A DNA stretch of 64,000 nt from contig NC_068987.1 in NCBI RefSeq assembly GCF_001194135.2, positions 30,187,085-30,251,084 of the forward strand, in the 5' to 3' direction. The DNA comes from Octopus bimaculoides (taxonomy: Eukaryota). The notes beneath the pieces are model-generated. The model did not search any database. It saw only the letters and a list, made by a program, of their open reading frames with translations, and had not been told where the DNA came from. The translations under genes and the position numbers were made by a program. Positions 50,881 to 64,000 of this stretch are shown piece by piece; within the stretch, counting starts at the first letter, position 1, and each line of letters opens with the position of its first letter.

Positions 50881-51480
50881 CTTTGTTTTCAAGATGTTTG
50901 TATAAAGACACTTCTTTTGCTCTATTCCTTAGAACTTCACAGATGGTATTAACAATTCTTAAGGTCTATAAATTTACTTTGTTCTTGTTTTCTCAACTCT
51001 TACCACTTAACCTTGGGGTTTAGGTCAAGTAGTTATTTTGCACCAGTTGTTTGTTTTTGTGGGAAAATAGAACTAGTTAATTTTGATAGAAAACCATATT
51101 ATATATCATTTTTAGTAAAAGGAAATACTCTTAAAATACTATGTAAAGTTCTTGTATACCAACATATTTTTAGAATTGAATTCTTAGGGAAATGCTAGAA
51201 ATACAACTGAGATATGTCAGAAGCTATATGTATAAATATTATGAATATACTCTAAAGAAGAGATTATTGGATTGGAAAATTTATAATCTAAACAACTATT
51301 TTTAGGCATACATTTAAGACTGCATAATTTTGTAATATATAAATACACTTCAGTATAGCATTTTCTCCCCAAACTGTGTTTAGATACAAAGCGTAACTGT
51401 GTGGTTAAGTAGCTTGATTTCTAGCCACAAGCTTTTGGGTTCAGTCTCATGCATGACCCTAGGCAGACCAAATGTGAATA

Positions 51481-52650
51481 GGCATAGGAGTGGATGTGTG
51501 GTAAGTAGCTAGCTTACCAACCACATGGTCCCGGGTTCAGTCCCACTGCGTGGCATCTTGGGCAAGTGTCTTCTACTATAGCCTCGGGCCGACCAAAGCC
51601 TTGTGAGTGGATTTGGTAGACGGAAACTGAAAGAAGCCCGTCGTATATGTGTATATATGTATATATGTGTATATGTGTATATATGTATATATGTGTATAT
51701 ATGTATATGTGTATATATGTGTATATATGTGTATATATGTGTATATATGTATATATGTATATATGTGTATATATGTATATGTGTATATATGTATGTGTAT
51801 ATATGTATATGTGTATATATGTATATGTGTATATATGTATATATGTGTATATATGTATATATGNNNNNNNNNNNNNNNNNNNNNNNNNNNNNNNNNNNNN
51901 NNNNNNNNNNNNNNNNNNNNNNNNNNNNNNNNNNNNNNNNNNNNNNNNNNNNNNNNNNNNNNNNNNNNNNNNNNNNNNNNNNNNNNNNNNNNNNNNNNNN
52001 NNNNNNNNNNNNNNNNNNNNNNNNNNNNNNNNNNNNNNNNNNNNNNNNNNNNNNNNNNNNNNNNNNNNNNNNNNNNNNNNNNNNNNNNNNNNNNNNNNNN
52101 NNNNNNNNNNNNNNNNNNNNNNNNNNNNNNNNNNNNNNNNNNNNNNNNNNNNNNNNNNNNNNNNNNNNNNNNNNNNNNNNNNNNNNNNNNNNNNNNNNNN
52201 NNNNNNNNNNNNNNNNNNNNNNNNNNNNNNNNNNNNNNNNNNNNNNNNNNNNNNNNNNNNNNNNNNNNNNNNNNNNNNTATATATATGTACATATGTATA
52301 TATATATGTACATATGTATATATATATGTACATATGTATATATATATGTACATATGTATATATATATGTACATATGTATATATATATGTACATATGTATA
52401 TATATATATACGTGTGTGTGTGTGTATGTTTGTACGTGTGTGTGTATGTTTGTACGTGTGTGTTTGTCCCCCCAACATCGCTTGACAACCGATGCTGGTG
52501 TGTTTATGTCCCCGTAACTTAGCGGTTCGGCAAAAGAGATCGATGGAATAAGTACTAGGCTTCTAAAGAATAAGTCTTGGGGTCGATTTGCTCGACTAAA
52601 AGGCGGTGCTCCAGCATGGCCACAGTCAAAAGACTGAAACAAGTAAAAGA
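51481..52650 (+). mobile_element. Young tRNA-headed SINE (family A) with an expanded internal microsatellite, inserted in an older copy of the same family
   Basis: Head is ggcataggagtggatgtgtggtaag..gggttcagtccc and the body ends in gaaagaagcccgtcg. A TA/TG array follows (51644-52462, gap 51864-52279), then the 3' half ending in gactgaaacaagtaaaaga. Confidence 0.9.
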
Positions 52651-54399
52651 GATTTGGTTGATGGAAACTGCAAGAAACCTAGCACATGTGTGTTTTAGCA
52701 TTTTGTTATATTGACATCATAGGATAGTTGCAAACAAGCATGCCATGATACAATTGGTGTCCTTCAAATCTAGTCTTCTGTGGAAACATGTTTGGCCATG
52801 GGGAAATATTACCTTACTTGGAAACAGTGAGGGTTGGGAACAGGAAGGGTGTTTGGTTGTAGAAAATCTACTGGAAAAAAATTCCATCTCGGCAATATAC
52901 TGATAATTGTCCTCAAATAACCATTGTACCTTGTGTGTGTGTGTGTGTATATTTTGAACATTGATTTGATACTTAAAAGAAAAGCATGCCCTCTGGTGGT
53001 AGGGTTTGAATCCTCTATCTATTGCTTGCTGGAAGACTGTGTTATGGATTATATTACTGTGGTACCATTCTACCATTGAGACATAACCCAGTGGATGGAT
53101 GTTATATATAGGCATAAGCATGGCTATGTGGTTTGGAAGCTTGCTTTGCAACCCCATTGTTTTGGGTTCAGTTCCACTTTGTAGCAGCTTGGGCAAATGT
53201 CTTCTACTATAGCCCTGAACTAACTAAAACCTGAGTAGATTTTATAGACAGATACTGAAAGAAGCCATTCACACACTCACATGCATGCGCATGTGCGCGT
53301 GTTCTCTTTCTTTGACGTTGCACATTAATTGTAAACAAACATCACTTTCACAGAAGGGATGTCATCCATTTGCAATGATTATTTTCTTTGAAACCAATTC
53401 TGGCTCTTGTCTATTCATATTCAAAGGACTAGGCATAAATATCACCTTACTTAGAAACAAGTAAAAGTTGGTGATAAGAAGCACATCTGGCTGTTGAAAA
53501 TCTGCCCCAACAAATTTTGTTTCACCTATGCAAGCATGGAAAATTGGACATTAGAACAATGATGATGCTCGTATTTGTGTGTTGAGACCAAAATTTCATT
53601 GTTGCTTATCCAGTTTTCCTCCCCAATTGCTGGGTATTCTCCCTGTCATCTTGTGTGTCACTGGTTGTGTTTTTCTGTGTCTATTTGCATCTGAATATCT
53701 GCTTGCATGTAAATAACTATACATGTATGCATATGTGCACTCTCATGCATCTGTATGTCTGCATATGTTTCTGTTTGTGTCTCCGTATGTCTGTGTCTAG
53801 ATGATAATTACCTTATAGAAATTGATGAACTTTCTATAAATCAAATCTGCAACTTGAATTTGATTCCTGGTTATAGAATTTTATCTTAAGTTGTTTTGGA
53901 AAGGTATGATTGTTACCAACTCCATTCTATAGGACTGACCATACACTGATGGCCAACCTCTGACCATTAAAGGTATTGATCACACTAGTGAACAGAACAA
54001 ATATTTGTCCTTTATGATAATGACACATAACAAATTATAAAGCCACAAATTTATATGGGATATTATGACTGAAGGTTAAGTCAATTACCATCTTCCTGTT
54101 TCCCAATACACAACTGATTTTCAATACCAAAACAATGCAAGTTAGCTAGTCCTGACAAGATTATCTCATGTCAAAATGTATAAAAATAACTATTTCTTTT
54201 TTATCATTGGTACAAAACTGCATATTTTGAGGAGAATGACATAAAATACTGGTATTTTATCAATTCCCTGAGTATGAAAAGCAGAGGCAACACCCAGCAG
54301 GAGCTGAGCTCTGAACTAAAGGAAGGTAACTAAGTACAACAGGTATTTTGTTTGCCTGTCATCTTAATTCATTCATTAGGTTCCTATATGGAAGCAAAT

Positions 54400-55260
54400 A
54401 GTCATATTTACTGTGTCACTGCAGTGTAGGATTTTCTTTTTCTTGGTCTGGAGGGAGGAGGACTGTCGGCCATTTGAGATTGGTGAGATTGATGCCATTA
54501 AAGTTTCTGTTGAACCATTGGTAATCAACACCTACAGAAAAGACATGAGCAAGAAAAGAGTTCAAGAAGGCTGAAGGCAGAAATGTGTGTGTAGTGATTA
54601 GTGTGGAACCTGAGGTAATTGGACACAACAAAAGTAGGTAGAAGAAAGATAAGCAGGTTGTGAGTACTTGAATGGCATGAGCCTAATCAGCTACGAGGAG
54701 CAGACACCATTATAGTAGTGGTAGAAAACACAGGGAGGTGAGACCGTGTATCTGTGGGTCCAATGCTGGAGCATGTTGCGGAGTACTGTATAATCAGTCA
54801 GGTTTAGAATGTACAGGTTTGCAGCAACACCATCTCAAATGTGAGAGCAGAACTACAACTTGTATAGCTGTAGATAACACTTGGACTACATTTCTACTTT
54901 ATAATGTATTTCATGTGGTTATAGACCGTACTTTTGTTTAGGTGTGACTTGTGTAGTTGTAGACTACAATTCTACTTAAATGTACAAACATCTTCAGTCT
55001 CTGAGGAGGCCCAATAAGTATCGGCTACATATTAAAGTAACTGTTGCGTCTTCACTTTTAAATATCTTAATCAGAGGAGGGAGGACAGCACCCATGATAT
55101 TTTTGGAGCCTTCAACAAGGTTAATAGGTGGAAGGGAGAAAGTTATCTTGAATATGGAGACTTGGGATGAATCTCTGCAGCAGAGTGCTTTCTGCTAAAG
55201 ACCCCAAAGCTAGTGTTGATAAGATTAAGCTTACAAATGGTACCTCTGAACTTCCACTGT
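54400..55260 (-). mobile_element. Decayed CR1/L2/Jockey-like LINE 3' region
   Basis: Minus strand gives LYK..FCSHI*DG and THTFLPSAFLNSFLAHVFSVGVDYQWFNRNFNGINL, similar to the YCSHIW and FFPR...WN.LP..VF motifs. Confidence 0.45.
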
Positions 55261-57217
55261 TTCTGTCTTTCAAATCTCATAATTCTTAGGTTGTTCCAAG
55301 TCTTTGGTGAAGACATTTACATGATGTGCCACTCAGTGGAGTCAACCTGAAACCATGTTGCCAGGATTTGCGCTTGTTAATTATATAACTATGATTGCAT
55401 TAATGTCTGTGGGCTTTCTGTTTTATCTGTGATTCATTGCATACATGCATGTGTATGGTGTGCAAGTAATTGTATGCATGTGGTTTGTCTGCAAGCACAT
55501 ACTCTTTGTGTGCAAGTATGTCTGTAAGTGCTCTTTTGCATGCAAGCACGTGTGAGTGAGTGTAGTATGCTTGTCATTGCGCATATCTCCTATATGATTG
55601 AAGAGTTCTCTCATTTTAAACAAAATTGAATCAGTTTCAAGAGTAGAGGAATTAATTGAAAGTTTCACTATTAATCCTCTTAAATGTAATTAGTTAAATG
55701 AATATTTCAGAGTCGTTATGACTAATTTAATAAATGGCATATATCTATCAGTTTACGAAGTAACCAGCTTAGGTTAAGTTTAAATTTTTAACCTTTTAAA
55801 ATACTGAACATAATGGCATTAATTTGTCATGTCATTGCATAGATTTATATCTACCATAATTACAGTTGATTCATTTGTTTTAATAAAGTATATGGAAGCA
55901 GGCATTGCTGTGTGTTGAAAAAAATTCACTTCGTAATTATGTGGAACTGGGTTTGATGCCACTTTGTGGCACCTTGAGAAAGTGTTTTTTTTATCATAGC
56001 CTCAGGTTAGCCAAAGTATTGTGAGTTTAAATGTACGATAGATAGAAACTGTATGAAAGGTGGATATCTGTGCAATTAATGCAAGGTGATGGTGGTGGCG
56101 GAATCAATGTGAATAAAAATCCAGTGGTATCTTATTTGTCAGGTTGTATCCATATATGTCTGGTTGACTTTGCTTTCAGCCATGTTTCTCCTCTAATGTA
56201 AGATGCCCTTTTTTTTTCTTCTCTCTCAATATTTCTTCCCCAACCAAGTTGAGGCGTTCTTGTTCTGTAAGTTATTTGGTGACCTCATTACAGCTGCTAG
56301 TACCTTATAAAAAATGGTTGGCATTAGGAATGGCATCCATTTGTAGAAACCATGCCAAAGCAGACAACAGAGCTTGGTGCAGCCTTCTGATTTGCCAGCT
56401 CTTATCAAACTGTCCAACGCATGCAAATGGAAAATAGATGTTAAATGATGATGGCTGGTGTTGATAATCTACTGAAACTTTGAAGGGTGTGCCCCAGCAT
56501 GGCCACAGTCCAAGTTATAATGCACACATGCACCCTTGTTATTTACAAGTAGTAGTGTGAGGGAGTTAGGAAGTATTATGTAATCAAATAACTATATATA
56601 AATCTTATATTGTGTTAACATGTCATAAATTTCATGCTGTAAAGATGGGTTTTTTGGGGGGTTTTTTGTGATAACCGTTTGTTGATAAAGTAGCTGAATA
56701 TTTCTTTGGAACTAAACTTGAAGTAATGTGGCAGCAGTTATCTATGACAATAATAATAATAATGGTTTCAAGTTTTGGCACAAGGCCAGAAATTTCGACT
56801 CCAATGCTCAACTGGTAATTATTTTATTGACCCAAAAGGACAAAAAGCAAAGACGTCCTTGTTGGAATTTGAACTTGGAACGTAAAGATAGGTGAAATGT
56901 CACTAAGCATTTTGTCAGGCATGCTAATGGTTTTGCCAACTTGCTGTCTTAATGACAGTAATAATAATAATATGTATTTCTGTGTACATATGCATGCATG
57001 TTTATATATGTGTATAGGTGCGGGCATGGTTAAAGGTCCAAGCAAGTTTGTATTATAAAGAAAAGTGCTCTGCAAACACCTACTTTTGGATTCAGTCTCA
57101 CTGCATGACACATTGAGCAAAGGTTTTCTTCTAAAATCCCTGATTGGCTAAAGCCTTGTAAGTAAAATTGGTTGAGAGATTGAAAGAAGCCCTTTGTGTG
57201 TGTGAGTATGTGCGTGT

Positions 57218-57550
57218 CATCATCATCATCATCGTTTAACATCCACTTTCCATGCTAGCATGGGTTGGATGATTTGACTGAGGACTGGTGAAACTTGATG
57301 GCAACACTAGGCTCCAATCTGATTTGGCAGAGTTTCTACAGCTGGATGCCCTTCCTAACGTCAACCACTCAGAATGTAGTGGGTGCTTTTACGTGTCACC
57401 CACATAAAGGCCAGTCAGGCGGTACTGGCAATGGCCACACTCGAAATGGTGTATTTTATGTGCCACCCGCACAAGAACCAGTCCAGGGGCACTGGCAATG
57501 ATATTGCTCAAAAATCCTATGAAGGCCAGTCAGGCGGTACTGGCAATGTA
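57218..57550 (-). mobile_element. RTE-family 3' tail
   Basis: Same tail as 41999-42335, with a duplicated ggccagtcaggcggtactggcaatg motif. Confidence 0.8.
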
Positions 57551-58149
57551 CACATGTATTTGTGTTTCTCCAAAACTTGCTGAGTTATAAGTGGGGGCAT
57601 TATTGCCGTTTCCTTTGTCAACAAAGCATTTACTGGCTTTGCTCCTTCCAAGATGTGCAGAATAAAAGAATTCTTTACTTGAAAAACAGATAAGGGTTAC
57701 GACAGGAAGGGCAGCTGGTCGAAAGACAATGTCTCAGTAATTATATTCATTTAATCCTTGCTAGCTTGGGAAAAAGAGACCTATAAACAAATGAATTGTA
57801 GGGGCCAATTAGCAATCATTAGAGCATTGGGTGGAATGCTTTGTATTTGTTCTGGCTCTCTTAGTTCAGAGCTCAAATACTGCCATGTTCAATTTTGACA
57901 TTTGTCCTTTTGGAGTCAATAAAATACCACTCAAGTACTGGAATTGATTCCTCTTTGTCTGTCTGTCTGTCTCAGACATACACTTTCTCTTTGAACAAAG
58001 AAATAGCTGTTTCCAAACCTAGAGAGGAATGGGTTCTACCAGGTTTTAAATTCCCAGGATATTACTGTCTATCACAATGGTGCCCCTATGATGCCATCAA
58101 GAGTTGAGATTCCTCTCACACCATAACTGCATGTGTATGTAGTGGGGAG

Positions 58150-58207
58150 TATATATGTATGTATATATATATTTATTTATTTATGTGTGCGTGTATATGT
58201 GTGTGTG

Positions 58208-58254
<47 letters not shown>

Positions 58255-58272
58255 ATNNNNNNNNNNNNNNNN

Positions 58273-58365
<93 letters not shown>

Positions 58366-58366
58366 C
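58150..58366. repeat. (TA)n/(TG)n microsatellite about 110 bp upstream of the P-loop exon
   Basis: Direct inspection. Confidence 0.92.
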
Positions 58367-58476
58367 TGTAATGAAATTAAACAATTCAATGTATTGATGT
58401 CTTAATTTTAAAGCTGTTCTTTTAAAGTTTGAGATTTTCTAAAAAAAATTTATAAACAACAAACAATATTTTTCAG

Positions 58477-58659
58477 ACTGGTTCTGGCAAGACATATACA
58501 ATGGGGAGTGGATTTGATGTGGATGTCCCACTAGAAGATATTGGCATAATACCTCGAGCTATTGGACATCTATTTAGTGGCATTGACAAACGCAAGAAAG
58601 AAGCTATGGAGAATAACCAACCTCCACCTACATTTAAAGTTTCTGTTCAGTTCATGGAG
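58477..58659 (+). CDS. KIF21: KIF21-like kinesin, 183-nt exon containing most of the P-loop, phase 0/0
   Basis: Acceptor aatatttttcag and donor GAG|gtaagg. Translates [61 protein letters not shown]. With the previous exon it completes GQTGSGKT, and TMG(S/T)GFDV is typical of KIF21. Confidence 0.97.
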
Positions 58660-59649
58660 GTAAGGACTAATTTTATTTTCATGTCTAATGTTTTTGATAT
58701 ATTGTTTAGACCCAGATCAGCTTTTAAAAAACAACCCTTTGCGCTAGGCTTCATTAAATTTATTATAACCTTTACACGTGCACACAAGACACACTCACTA
58801 AACACATACACATATAAGTGCATGCACAGATAGATAATTACCACAGGACAATGGAATAAGGACAAGAGGAGATACCTGGGACGGTGTCACTGATGAGGTT
58901 ACAGAGTGTGCGATGAAAGAACGTTGACAGGCATATCTACTACAAATAATATGAATGTGTGTGTTTAATTGGCAAAAAAAAAAAATGACCATCCCCAAGT
59001 TTAAAAATAAATTTATTATGCTTTGCACCTAAATATGTGACTATGGACCTTAATAGTTTATGCACAGTTGATGGCATGTGATGGATGTTTTGCAATATTT
59101 AGTTGTATTTCCTTTTCATTGTGAATTAATCTCTCTCCAGTTGGGGTGGGGGCAATAAAATAAGTGCCAGTTAAATCCTGATATCAATGTAATCACTTGT
59201 GTTCTTCACTTAGAATTTTTGGCTTTGTTTCAAAATTAAGACTTCATATGAAAGCCAATGTGTCAATTGTAATAATGAGTTGTTCAAGAACATACTTCAA
59301 TTTTTTTTACAAAACAATAACATTTTAATATTTTCATAATTGCTGTTTAATATTTTAAAAAATGACTACTTCTTAGGAATTAGGTAAATTGATGAACACT
59401 AGATTGCTAAACAGCGTGCCCAAAATTATTAGTCTTTTACTCCTTATTTTAGTTTTAAACCCTTCAAGTTTGGCATTGGAAAGGTGGTGAAAGTCAATCA
59501 ACTTTAACTGTTTCTCATTTTTAAAAAAGTCTGAATGTACATAGAGCCTTATACTTGAACTACAAGTTCTTCCAGCTACTAAAGCTGTGAATATTTAACA
59601 CAGATAGGAACATCAAACTGAATACTTTAAATTCAAAAACAGTTGATGA

Positions 59650-60060
59650 GGTGGATGGAATGCATGAAATGGCTGCCTCCATTAGAAATAAAGATTGCTG
59701 TCTCTATGTGAAAGGTCAGCTATATAGACTGTGTGTAAGGAATTTATACTGCATAGTATGATAGCTGGGAACATTGAATGTGGATGTTGCATGGAAGCTA
59801 CAGAAGAAGGAAGAGAGTTTGTTCTATTGGGTGTATAACATTAAATTTACTTGACAGGAGCAGCATTAAGTAAGCCAAGTGAACAGTTGAGTATTACATC
59901 AGTGAATGTATGGTTTGAGAGATAACTGCACAGGCATGGACTATGGAGTGTTTGGGTGAATAAAAATGTTGCAATATTGATGAAATGTATTGGAGGGAGA
60001 ATAATGCATCAAAAAAGAAGTGGCAAGGGTGCTGGCACAGAAAAAAAATCAGAAACTACA
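59650..60060 (+). mobile_element. Highly decayed RTE-like RT C-terminal relic
   Basis: SLYVKGQLYRLCVR..WKLQKKEESLFYWVYNI resembles the RTE LS.RVKG.LY..CVR..LE..E..M.RW region, with many stops. Confidence 0.45.
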
Positions 60061-61419
60061 ACTAGGAGCAGTACGTTGTGTAAGGGCTTTGTCTAACCCA
60101 TAACAGTATGGGAAACGTGTTGAAATGTTGAGAATGATAGCATAATCTTTTGTATCATGGACTGGAGTTTAGATATTTGCTGAGATGAACATTTTCATTT
60201 TCAGAGGGTCTATAAAATAAGTAACAGTAATTCTGTTGATGTCAAAGTTGGAATAATTTGTTTGGGTATTTATTTTGGAGAGGAGAAAATAATTGTTCTG
60301 TCTTTTTTATCTACTTACATCTGTCGCAATCTACAATCTGGAAGACTAACAGGCTTTGTGTTTCATCATACAGTAATTTACAATTTAACACTTTTAGAAA
60401 TATTCATATCATTCAGTGTGATGATTCATTTCTTTATTTCTCTAGTTCTGTTCTGAGACATGTTACTGATTCACAGCTGTCTAGTGAAAATGAATCATTG
60501 TGTATGTCTAGTATTGGCTACTTGAAAAGTGTTGTGGTAATAAGTGTAAACTCATTCAAGAAATAACTTGTTTCATTTTTGTTTTAAGATTCATTATTTC
60601 TTTTATAAGAGGTTCTTAATAATACATGATTAAAATTAACTTCAAAGATATTTGCAAAGTATATACTTTTTGTAGCTTTCCCAGTGTTGAGCAGAGAGAA
60701 TTAATTTGCAAATTTGCTACTGTGTGCTTGTATATGTATTTAGTAAATAGTTTCACTTGGGAAACTTTAGGGTGCAATATTTTCCATGTGTTTACCAGCC
60801 TACAAAATAAACATGATGAAAAAATCCTCCACTGTTTCTGTTTACTTAGGCAGTCTATTGTCTTTAATGTACATTTCTTAAACCAGGATATGCAAGAGAA
60901 ATTACAGAGGTATGTAAGATTTGTAATAGCATGTAATTTTGAAGTATTCACATGCAACAACTTATCAATGATACACTCTCTAATTTAGTAAATAGTGTGC
61001 GTGTGTATGTGTGTATATATACATACACACACACACACATGCACTTAAATATTTTTTGTGGAAATCTTGATTTCCAAATATAGTTAACAAATCATACATT
61101 AGTCTTGATATCCATAAAATGTCTGTTTGATGGCATCCACCCATTTTACAGTGTTTTCTCCAACATTGCCAGATGTGAAAAATGGAGACCCTGGAAAAAA
61201 AAATGTTTGAGAACCCCTGGAGCAGACCATATTTTGATTCAACTATTCACTGAAACCTGTCTGAGAGTTACCTAAGTTGGACAGTATTTATTGAATTGCA
61301 CTAAGTGGATCTTAGTATATTCCTGATATTACAAAATGTTCAAACTAGAATAAATTCTTTGTGATGTTTTGTACAATTTTACTGACACAGAACAGATCAT
61401 TCGTAGGTTTTATCAGATT

Positions 61420-61631
61420 CTTTTCTACTGTAGGCACAAGGCCTGAATTTTTTATTGGGGCGGGCAGTCAATTAGAACGACCCCAGTACACAACTGGTAC
61501 TTAATTTATTGACCTCAAAAGAATGAAAGGTAAAATCGACCTTGGCGGAATTTGAACTCAGATCGTAAAGACATACGAAATACCGCTAAGCATTTTGCCC
61601 AGTGTGCTAACGTTTCTGCCAGCTCACCGCC
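61420..61631 (-). mobile_element. SINE family C (Deu/Nin-like core)
   Basis: Reverse complement of ggcggtgagctggcagaaacgttagcacactgggcaaaatgcttagcggtatttcg...tacctttcattcttttgaggtcaataaattaagtaccag. Confidence 0.8.
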
Positions 61632-61982
61632 CTGGTTTTAGCAGATTTTATTGTTTTACTTCTGGTACTAATTGATATAAATTAGTCTCTGTAGGTTTTG
61701 AACTAGACCCAAGTAGAATGAAATAAAATACTGCAGTGCATTTCGTCTGGTGTTGTATTGTCTCGATTAATCCCTTCAACCTGATAATATTGGGGTCACA
61801 AATCTGGAGACAGTGTCATTTGAGTTGGCATCAATTCATGCCTAAGACTTCATTTAGTCGCTTCCCTTGAAAGATAAAAAGTAGATTGTGGTGGGATTTA
61901 AATTTTGAATATAAAATGATATAGCTAAATCCCACAAGGTGCTGAACCATTTCTATCATTTGACTACAGTAATGATGATAAT

Positions 61983-62158
61983 CCTTTCTACTATAGGCAC
62001 AAGGCTTGAAATTTGGTGGGTACTCAACTGATACTTATTTTATTGACCCCCAACAGGATGACAGGCAAAATCGACCTTGGCAGAATTTGAACTCAGAATA
62101 CAGGAAATACTGCTAAGTATTTTGCCTGGCATGCTGATGATTCTGCCAACTCGCCGCC
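61983..62158 (-). mobile_element. SINE family C
   Basis: Same head, core and tctact(a/g)taggcacaagg tail as 61420-61631. Confidence 0.78.
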
Positions 62159-62184
62159 CTAATAATAATGATAATAATAATCTT

Positions 62185-62414
62185 ATTTCTTTATTGCCCA
62201 TAAGGGGCTAAACATAGAGGGGACAAACAAAGACAGACAAAGGTATTAAGTCGATTACATCGACTCCAGTGTGTAACTGGTACTTAGTTTATCGACCCCT
62301 AAAGGATGAAAGACAAAATTGACCTTGGCGGAATTTGAATTCAGAATGTAACAGCAGACGAAATACTGCTAAGCATTTCGCCTGGCGTGCTAGCGTTACT
62401 GCCAGCTCACTGCC
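62185..62414 (-). mobile_element. SINE family C variant with a different 3' tail
   Basis: Same head and core, but the tail (on + strand) is ttatttctttattgcccataaggggctaaacatagaggggacaaac. Confidence 0.78.
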
Positions 62415-64000
62415 TGAAGCTTTAGATCTTCAGTCAGCCATTGTGACATTCATTATTTTTGCAAAATAAATACGGACTCTTAACTGGTTTTCTAACCACA
62501 TGATCATGAATTGGGACCTTACTAAAGCCATTATATTGCGCTCTTGTTAGCACATAACTCTGCTGACTCCTGTTTTCCTGATTGACAATATGTTCCACTT
62601 CTACTTTTGGGTTAAGTGATTACCAGTAGGAAGGGCACCCAATTATATTAAACAGTTGTTCCAACAAAGAATGGCAGAGGATTAAATCCCTTTACTAACA
62701 CTAAGGTTGTAACTTTTATTATGCAGTAAAGATACAAACAGAATCATCCTTATCAGTATCATCATCATCATCTCAGTTTATTTTCACTTCCCATGTTGAC
62801 ATGGGTTGGACTGGTCATCCTGGGTCAAGTCAGTTCTTATTTGGAGTTACTGCTCCTTTATGTATGATCTAAGAATTACTTGTATATTTCATTTTGGCAT
62901 GGTATCTACTGCTGGATGCTCTTCCTAATACCAACCACTTTAATGTCACATTAGGACCCCTAGAGGTTGTCATGTCCTTAATAAGTGAAGGGTTCTCCTG
63001 ACTCTGTGTCTCCAGTGTTTACCAACAACTTTACTGTGTACTGGGTATATTTTATTGTAGCACTGACACTGACAAATGTAGGGAAATTCTCACTACATTG
63101 TCTCCATCTGTTCAGGGCAATGTAACTGACAGGGTGGGCTGAGGGGAGGGAAATATTTGGATGAAGACGAAGAAAAAGAAGAGTATGAAAGTGAAAAACT
63201 GATTAAATGTTAGAAATTTGAGGCATTCAGTGAAACTGTATGAAACATGTGGTCATTTGTGTGAAATCCACCACTTGACCAATGACTAGCCAGTGGTTAA
63301 ATTATGTAAAATGAGGTTGTTCTCTAGTCTTAGTTTAGGAGTTCGTCTTGAATTTGGTTATTATTTTATGAAGTTTCATGACTATAGAAATTATACCAAT
63401 TTTATCTAATATCTTTGAGTAGGACTTTTGTTGAAGAGTATATATTTCATACAGATCATAATGAGCAGTTGGTTCTTTTGAATGCATTTGGTTTTTAATC
63501 ATTCTGTCATGTGTGATTTAGATGTCGGAGCCTTATCTTGATATGTTTAATGTGCTTTATAATGTGGGTCATCTTAGTCTGTAACTGTAGAGGGAAATAT
63601 AATCTCACTGGTTTAAAGAAAAAAAAAAAACAGTTAACCCATCACCCAATTTAAAACTACCACCTGGCCCTTAGGTAACATACTTTCAGAGGAGTTCTCT
63701 ACTCTTTTGCCCATATTTGTGCCAGCTCTCTAGTTTGTAGTTAGGTAACTTTGAAATGTTTGTTACTCATTATTGCAATGATATAAATCATCCTTTCTTC
63801 CCTCCCTCCACAATATTAAAGATGGTGATCTATGTGAGCTTCTCTTCCTCTATGATGAAACAAAATACAACTATATAATTATATCAATAAATACTATGTT
63901 AATAATGATAGTCAAGGTTTCTCACATTGGCACACAGAAGAGACCTGTACATTGTGACTTGATCTGCTTGAAATAGCAAATGGATGTCCTCTGAATTACC

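Noticed and set aside
51509-52642. Six overlapping ORFs of 278-377 aa
   Set aside because: They span a SINE-internal TA/TG microsatellite and a 416-N gap.
58880-58935. TGTCA-CTGATGAG...GAAA...TGACA as a possible hammerhead
   Set aside because: Stem II does not pair and the UH triplet is out of register with stem I.
60616-60988. ORFs of 114-120 aa on both strands and a 23-nt ag|...|gtatgt micro-exon (60887-60909)
   Set aside because: There is no kinesin similarity (LYNEE is expected next), and the phases are incompatible with the phase-0 end of the preceding exon.

Overview
This is AT-rich, microsatellite-rich eukaryotic genomic DNA with 13 scaffold gaps, most of them in the first 16 kb. The repeat families (tRNA-headed SINEs, RTE LINE tails ending in (GAT)n) look like those of an octopus; that assignment is my inference, not a database result. 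The only confidently identified gene is a + strand kinesin-4 of the KIF21A/B type. Three motor-domain exons are visible (29845-30024, 44640-44682, 58477-58659), separated by introns of 14,615 and 13,794 bp. Its first coding exon was not found and the next exon lies beyond the window. The rest is intron or intergenic DNA filled with decayed elements: Tc1, mariner, RTE, CR1/Jockey-like and CRE-like LINE relics, and at least three SINE families. The most unusual observations are: (1) two long inverted repeats (21164-21438, 35861-36647) and one solo locus (39630-39723) carrying degenerate hammerhead-ribozyme-like motifs of the Penelope-element type; (2) a minisatellite derived from the GRGRPRKTW codons of an RTE LINE; (3) a perfect 20-bp hairpin in a CpG-retaining patch near 15.6 kb; (4) a shift from CpG-retaining to CpG-depleted DNA at about 13.5-16 kb. 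No prokaryotic systems (CRISPR, operons) and no rRNA or intact tRNA genes were seen. Most ORFs in the supplied track are artefacts of microsatellites or N-gaps.
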